DNA of 64,000 bases from Ophelia neglecta (Eukaryota), in assembly GCA_965285935.1 (NCBI GenBank), contig OZ260666.1:68386001-68450000 (forward strand), read 5' to 3'. The position numbers and the translations under genes are program-made. Shown piece by piece: positions 57,059-64,000 of this stretch; positions within the stretch are counted from its first letter, which is position 1, and each line of letters begins with the position of its first letter. Under the pieces are notes generated by a model. It was given only the letters and a program-made list of their open reading frames with translations, did no database searches and had not been told where the DNA came from.

Positions 57059-57072
57059 GTTGCCCTGGATAC
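57059..57072. promoter_or_regulatory. RFX X-box
   Basis: GTTGCCCTGGATAC, about 40 bp from an ATATCGTCTGC motif. Confidence 0.5.
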
Positions 57073-58695
57073 GGTTTTTGGACTAAGGTCGGTGATGTGG
57101 CAGAATGCAAATATCGTCTGCCTCGACTTGTTGTGAATGAGAATATGAAGGGAAATGTCGTTTGGACCGAAATGGAGGCATAATGCTCCCATAGGCATAC
57201 AGATTGACATAAGACATGGTTCGCAGTATTAGAAAAGCCAGACGCATGGCAGGCCGGGGCGATGCCATGGTGATTGTCTATAGGTGTACAGAATGTAGGT
57301 TATACTGTACACCAAAATCTGTATCGAATTTAGATTCATCGTTTCTTTGGCTTTTTCGCACTTAAAAAACATCATAAGTATAAAACAATTTGACTCTGAG
57401 TCATCAAGTTCTCAACTTTGTTTTTCATGAAGAAACACATGTTTAATTTATTTATCCAGTGTGGTTAATAAGCGTTCATCTGTAGCAAAGTCTCATGGTG
57501 TGTGTTTAGAATCAACAATGCTGTATGGCAGCATGTTTTTAAATGTCACGCAGATGAAGTGTTTATTTTCAAGAGCACATTTCCCTGCATATTCTTTCAC
57601 AAGCCTCATTTTGAATTCAGGTGTGAAAGGAACTAATGTATTTGTTTAAATTTAACTTTTAGAGTAAAAACACATTATCAATATCCCACAAAATGGACTA
57701 AAAACAACAAGTAGACATTTGGATTAACCGACTCCCGTCTTTTTCTGGTCCCAAAACCTCGTTTGACAATCGAAGATAGGTAGCCTTGTATCTATGACAC
57801 GTTAAATAGATAGGTGTATTTTTAGCCAGGAGATACAGAACAAACACAGTCACACAGCCCGACTTTCCCACTGGTTTTTTTCCTATAAAGGGTATTGATC
57901 TAAATCCCATGCTGAGCTAATCAAAGACCGACTTTGCGGATTCACGTTTTATTTAGGCAGCGGGATAATAGTGTATTTAAATAACAAAATTGCCGTCAAG
58001 ATCCTATTGTTCGAGGCTGTTTTAATGTTGCATAGGATGCCATTTTTGTGTTATTTTCCATGTTGGATGCGGCCGCTCTGGTGGGAAAACAATGCTGTGT
58101 TATTGTCCGTCCGTCAGATCGAGTTTATTGTCTCCCTGACAGTTAATAACTGTTCGATTGAAAGCCGATTGTTAACTAAAGGATTGATGCCATGTCGTGG
58201 CAGTTTGATCTCATATAAAACTGTAATCGAACGCAAACATCACCGAAACAGAGCAATTCTAAACCTTCTCCTGAGGCTGATTTGACAGTTGTCTGCTAGA
58301 ATTCACTAATTGATATGTTATCAACTTTAGGAAACATTAGAACGTTTTTTTCCCCCATTTTACAGGTGTTTATATATTTTTACTGTTCGTGGTTTAATCA
58401 ATATTGTTACAGACGTGTGTCCTACCTGAAACAGCTACACTCGCCTTTCATAGGCTGCTATCAATTAATCATCGCTTTGCAATAGTCATTAATAATCATT
58501 ATAAATCTTCTACATTATATGGGGTTTAGAGGGCCTGTGTGATCTATGCCATGTTTTCGGGGGGGGGGGGGGGGGGTCACCGAAAGACACTCGTGTTTGG
58601 TCCATGAAGTCATATATAAGGTCGTTTGTCTTATGTTTTTTCTTGTGTTTATTCATTTTCTCTATTGGCTAATCTTTTTTTTTTCTTTTTTTCAG

Positions 58696-58767
58696 AGGAA
58701 ACCGAACAGACCCAATCACCCGGAGACCCCAATCAGGTCGAGCCAAAAAAGGTCCGGCCAAAACGAG
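58696..58767 (+). other. Candidate internal exon (72 nt, or 126 nt with an alternative donor at 58822)
   Basis: Branch-point-like CTAAT (58669), a ~20-nt pyrimidine tract and CAG|, then an abrupt shift to GC-richer sequence. Donors are GAG|GTGAGG (58768) and AAG|GTGAGG (58822). Two reading frames are open, with no recognisable homology. Confidence 0.55.
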
Positions 58768-59642
58768 GTGAGGTCACCGACGGGTCATCGCGTCTGCCCC
58801 TACACGACTTCCGCTCCCAAGGTGAGGCTCTCAGGGTCAAAATACATCTGTCCACCAAAAAAAACATAAAACTGAGCAAATAACAATTCGAAAGGAAAAC
58901 GCAATTTCTTAGTACATCTAAGGGATGATCTACCTTGCAACTAAACCACTATATTTCATTCTGATTCTTGTACTATTTAATCAAGTTCCGAGCAAAAAAT
59001 TCCGTTTTCATTTAAACAAACATGGTTCTCAATGCACTATATAAAAGAATCTCCGATAACTCTTCATGGTACAAACCTCTTCGTCTGGTGGACGGAAGTC
59101 TTGCTTGACCAAATAGGTCACTCGCGTATAAGGCACAATTTCACTATTTATCAAAATCTGACTCTTTTGGCTCAACTTTTCTTTGGCCAGTTTTGTTGCA
59201 CACCTTTTAACATTCTCCTTCTAAACATACTATATGTTTCTTTAATAATCTTCTCCCTTCCTCTGAATTAACTTAGGTGTTGAAATAAACCAAGTCCACA
59301 CTGTAAAGTATCCATTTAAAGTGAAATTTGGCCATGATACCACATAAGTTAACCATTTAATCGCCGAAAATAAAGGCCAAATCTGAAAACCATATACATT
59401 AGCAGTTCCTCCAAACCTGAAATTGTAGCCTTTCGTGGCCAATCCGAGCCTTGCCTTTATTAATTATATATTTTCAATTACTTAAATTATTCGCTGACAG
59501 TATTTTCATATATATTTTTATCTTTGGATGGCTAGAATTGATTCGATGAGTTTTAATAGATTCAGACTTGGCTTTTTACACTTTGGCTCCTTGATATGTT
59601 AGTTGTTTATAGGCATGTATTATCAATAATGTATTACAATTA

Positions 59643-59762
59643 CAGTGAAACCTGCCTTACAGGCCACCTCTATAATCAGACCATCTGTCAATTCAGATAA
59701 CCTCCAAACTCAGACCAGTATTCTCCAGTCCATTTGGTGGTTTTCATTTACAGATTTCACTG
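59643..59762 (-). mobile_element. Family C MITE, internally deleted copy (120 bp)
   Basis: TA|CAGTGAAACCTG ... CAGATTTCACTG|TA. The first ~60 nt match the reverse complement of the 3' end of 27536-27713. Confidence 0.9.
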
Positions 59763-59787
59763 TACTTCATTAACGTTTGTCCTAGTA

Positions 59788-59946
59788 TAGTGAAACCTGC
59801 CTATTGCGAACCATCACGGTACTGGAAAATACTGATCTGATTATGAAGGTGGTCTACATTCAAGAGGAAAATATGGGCTTTATAGTAGTGTTTGGAACTG
59901 ACAGGTGGTCCGAAAACAGAGGTTATCTCTAAGGCAGGTTTCGCTT
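59788..59946 (+). mobile_element. Family C MITE, more degenerate copy
   Basis: TA|TAGTGAAACCTGCC ... TGACAGGTGGTC..AGAGGTTATCTCTAAGGCAGGTTTCGCT, colinear with 27536-27713. Confidence 0.75.
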
Positions 59947-62900
59947 ACTTTACATCATGGCTAGTTGAAGAATACCACATTTTTTATGGAGGTTGAATGT
60001 TGCAAATATATCGATCTATAGAGTCGGGATGGTTTCTAACATGTGCCCTGCTATCTTGCTCCATGCATGCCCTACTTAAGACCGATGTCAATATCAATTA
60101 CTTTAGATGGTCCAGTATCTAAGGAATCCATGATTACTCGACTTGGACGGCCCAGTAATGTCATCGCTCTTTCATTTTCTCGCCATTTTGTTTAGGATTG
60201 TTGACTTTTTGCCATTGCCTTGCCACTTCTTCTTTTGCGCTACCACGGCGCTGTTCTTGTAGTTTTCTCATCTCGAGCCAGTATCATTGCGCATTACGAT
60301 CACATACTGTGTTGATTGACTAAGATCCATCCACGATTGTTCCTTAATCTACTAGTTACAGCCTGTGTTGTATTCGGCCACTTTTTCCTATTACACCCTA
60401 TCAACACTGTTGTTTTGGTGGGCTTCTCGCGGAGGAATTCGATTGTCAAGTCATCTACAGACCAAACAATGAGTGAAGTGCAGGTTTCGATTGCTACTAT
60501 TCGGTTTCAATGGTAGAGAGAGACTCGGAATTGACCGTTTCTCTATCATTCTCTATAATGTTACGTCACTGCTGTAATAATGACGAATGCCGCTTTCCCA
60601 CAAAACGGTCATTAGCGACGATTATTTCCTTTTGAGGGGGTTAGTAATTGCATGACAGCGGTTTTGAACTGATATGGCCCGGGGCCTTCTCTCCCCGTTT
60701 GGTATTTAACGGCTGATCTTTGACCTGTAGGAGCTGATGAGTTTTAAATCACGCCTCTGCCACATGCATCATATTCCCATAATATCGCTCATTTGCACCT
60801 ACCAATGAATGTGTAATCGTTTCTCAAGGGATTGGTGGGAAAACTTACCGCTTTTCAAATTACCTATGAGATATACTCAGTACGTGTTTAGTATGTGAGA
60901 ATTGTAACAGGTTATAAACCAAGACTAAAGATGGCGGCCGTTGAAGACAGATTGAGATGAATTTATGACGATTGCTAGTGATAAAGGCCGGGTGATGAGG
61001 ATATATTGCCCGGGGCCAGTCGAAGTGGGAGGGGAGCGTCATGACCGTTGTGATGTCACGCAGAGACGCTACTGTTATACTCTACGGGAGATATGGAGGT
61101 AAAAATCACCGCGGGCAACGGGCGGGAAATGTTACAGTATCGTCTGCTTTACAGAAGTCGTTTGATACCCTCATTAACTCGTATCGATACCGCATTTCAC
61201 CTTGGTAACTGAGCACAAACGCTTGCGTGTGACCTCCACAATCCCATTGTGCCTTTTACACCGGACGGTGTAAAGAAATTCCCGTGAATTGAACAATCCC
61301 GTGAGAATCTCGTGCCCTCTAATTATGTCCTTGAGACGATCAGGAGTCTTAGAGTCCTTCAATCGTCTGCGACATGAAACAAGTCGTAAGCCACCGTAAA
61401 AAGCGTGTAAGGCGACTGGTTTAGTTTCAAATTTCAATCCTGACGAGCAGGATTAAATGGCCGTCTGCCCGTTTTTGTGTTCTTGTGCAACATAAATTGC
61501 TAGATCAAGTGGGTTTGGTAACACCCAGTAACAGGTGAGGCTTGTAATTCCGGTATCTGCATATAAAACCGAATCCCCGGTCTTATGGACTCCACCGTCC
61601 AAGGTTGAGACATATAAACGGAACCTTTTGGCCTATCGATTCCACTGTCTGATGTAGGGACTTTAAAGTCTTATCCCAATTTAACTTATACAAGAGAACG
61701 TGAGAAACATATAGAGACAAACAGTGCAAATACGATATATTTTGCCGAATTTAAACTCCTTTCTTTCCATCATCAGTCTACCTTAAAGCCAATAGTAGCT
61801 TATCTAATCAGTGAATACATATTATGAGTACATGTATATACTAAGATATGCATCTAAATTCAGCCAATTTGCACAGTATTCAGCAATAAACTGAGCTGTT
61901 CCACCAAACTCAAAACTAAACCAAATCCGCCAATATGTCTGCCCAACACACGTAGCTTTTAATATAATACTGAGCTTTTCCTCTAAGTTCCATTCATTTT
62001 CAATTGGTCTTTATTGCAGTGTTCACCTGGTCTTGCCCTTTACGATGAACATAATTACATAGTCTTGAGGTGAAGGAATTATACGTAGCGGCGTTCCTTT
62101 TGATGTATTGTATTATCGCCCAATTAAGCTCTCCTAAGTCTACTTAAGGGTGTTTTCCTCGCTGTGGTCGGTATTGTGTTTTTAAAATGAACACGCGTAC
62201 AAGAAGACTTATATGTTTCTACACTGGTCAAAGTACCATTAAACATAGTATTACATGTTAATACCAAGAAGTATTTTTGTATTAAAGACCTCACTATGTG
62301 TTATGAAGTGGTGCAATATTATACATTTAAAAGCCTCAGTTTAAGGTATATTCTTAAGGGGGAGTTAAGAGTCTTGGCGTGTGTTGGTAAATGATGGGAT
62401 CCTTATGATGTGGTCAGAGCTTAGCCAGTATTAGTTAACAAGTATTATTCAGAAATAGTTCCTTTACAAAACGCCTCATAATCGGTTCTTTATTAAGTAT
62501 GCTTCACAGGGTACGTATAGCACAATGTGTCGGTTGCTTCTCGTCGTTAATCAGATAGGCTATACGTTATAATAAGTTCCTTGCAACATTTCAGTTCTTT
62601 TTCTTCGAAGGCAGTGACCCACGTACGCCATGAAAGTCAACATTTATAGTTTTTCATGAGAACATGATAAACCAGCATAATTCCATTTTCCAGTTGACCC
62701 AATCCCACCTTTTCTATTGTTACACTGAATTGCTTCCTCTTGGATGATCTCACTTTCAAGGGTCGATGGACGATGTATCACTTATATATGCCTATGTCTG
62801 TAAAATGTGTATCGATCACATGATCATGAGTGAACACGAGGTATGTAGCTTCTGGTTCATTGTAACTAGACCTTGAGATGATAGTCTAGTCAACTAGAGG

Positions 62901-63259
62901 TCTTAAATTAAGAGTTCAAATTTACCACCGATTCGGAAGCTCGCCAAATATAGATTTCCTTATCAGCTCGTGAGACGTATTATCACAAGACAAATTCTCT
63001 GTACAATCTTTGAATAGATATAAGATTATGGACACAAACCATCTTCCGATTGCATTCTAAGACCAAACATTAACACCAAATTTTCGTTTTACGATCACAA
63101 GCATAGACGCAATCCTCACTATTTTATCGCCCACAATTAAAATCCCATTTCCGTTGATTTGAGCTTAATTTCCTCCATCTTTACTACTTCTTCCTATGAT
63201 TAAGACTTTAACGCCACGATTTGAGCTCGGTTCGTTTCTCAATGCAACGTGATCGTCCC

Positions 63260-63470
63260 AACTTCCGGACCTGCGCTTAAGCATAGACTGCAATCATTGT
63301 CAGAATACTATAAGTTTCGTCTGCACCGGAAGTCAATAAAGGCCTACTAGCCCTTTGTAGGGGGATATTATTGTCGTGCAGCGGGCACTGCGGATGCTCT
63401 TTTGGTCATTACTGCCAAACTGTCACACTACTTTGCACATTAGACCTCGGGTCGGTAAACCGGAAGTGGC
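63260..63470. promoter_or_regulatory. ETS (CCGGAAGT) cluster, promoter/enhancer-like
   Basis: ACTTCCGG (63261), ACCGGAAGT (63325) and ACCGGAAGTG (63459). TTCGTCTGC abuts the second site. Confidence 0.5.
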
Positions 63471-63716
63471 GTATTACAAATAGTTTCCAATTTTAGCGAA
63501 AAATTCATTTGGATCATTTCATTTGGATGAATTAATATGTAATACATTATATTGTATTAATATATGTATGGTTCTTTCTTAGACACCATGGAAGGAGGCA
63601 GTTTACAATTCTATCTTATTGGGATTATTGTTTATAAAACATGGTTTCTGCTAATATCGCTCATATTGGAGGATAGCTGTAAGCCGGTTATGAGCCTGTC
63701 TGGCTTCCTCTTCCAG

Positions 63717-63813
63717 GTCGTTGATCCCCTCAATCTCCAATTCACAGTCCCATGGCTTGTACACGGCTCTTTCCGACCTACTTAAGAGTGCAGATGGAGA
63801 GCAAAAGCTGTCC
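63717..63813 (+). other. Weak candidate exon (97 nt)
   Basis: Acceptor CTTCCTCTTCCAG| and donor TCC|GTAAGC. Confidence 0.25.
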
Positions 63814-64000
63814 GTAAGCGTTCATTACGATCACCTCAGCCGATGGATAACTCGGCCACCAATTATGTTTGCCAGGCCTTCTGGAGGTCAAAGACAAACG
63901 CTTGTATGATCAGCGTTTGTCGCCGGAGGCTGGTCCGTCCTCTGTTCGCCTTATGTAAACCTAATCAGCGGAGACAGCCTCGTTCTGGGTGGCATAAAGA

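Noticed and set aside
60162-60272. Minus-strand 36-codon charged ORF (MRKLQEQRRGSAKEEVARQWQK...)
   Set aside because: It is short, has no homology or splice support, and is explained by a pyrimidine-rich + strand.
60733-60760. Hammerhead ribozyme cores (CTGATGA here and elsewhere)
   Set aside because: None of those inspected on either strand is followed by a stem II and GAAA.
60860-61042. LPSHFDW, resembling the N-terminus of mature papain-family proteases
   Set aside because: No downstream QGxCGSCW motif was found, so this is most likely a coincidental match.
779-63909. All ORFs in the six-frame track as protein-coding genes
   Set aside because: All are 127 aa or shorter, many use non-ATG starts, their composition is random-like, and I recognise no domains. 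This is consistent with chance ORFs in non-coding DNA.

Overview
This is non-coding DNA from an animal genome, most likely a marine invertebrate (inference from roughly 60% AT, the SINE/MITE types and the poly-G/C runs). No ORF exceeds 127 aa, and I recognise no protein, tRNA, rRNA or miRNA gene. The window reads as an intron-rich, enhancer-dense regulatory landscape. A textbook GC-box/CCAAT/TATA promoter at ~20.5 kb (+) is followed by a short non-coding first exon, with further candidate exons at 29.4 and 58.7 kb. CpG-rich, motif-dense modules alternate with AT-rich spacers that carry MITEs, a truncated SINE-like insertion and minisatellites. The most striking signal is an unassigned CpG-containing motif, consensus WWWT-RTCGTCTGC. 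By eye I count 21 exact GTCGTCTG copies plus 8 ATCGTCTGC variants on both strands, against about 1 expected by chance. It recurs in extended and composite forms. Secondary signals are five full RFX X-boxes, two co-oriented CTCF-like sites, ETS clusters and 11 TAGGCCTA palindromes. All counts are manual and may be underestimates.
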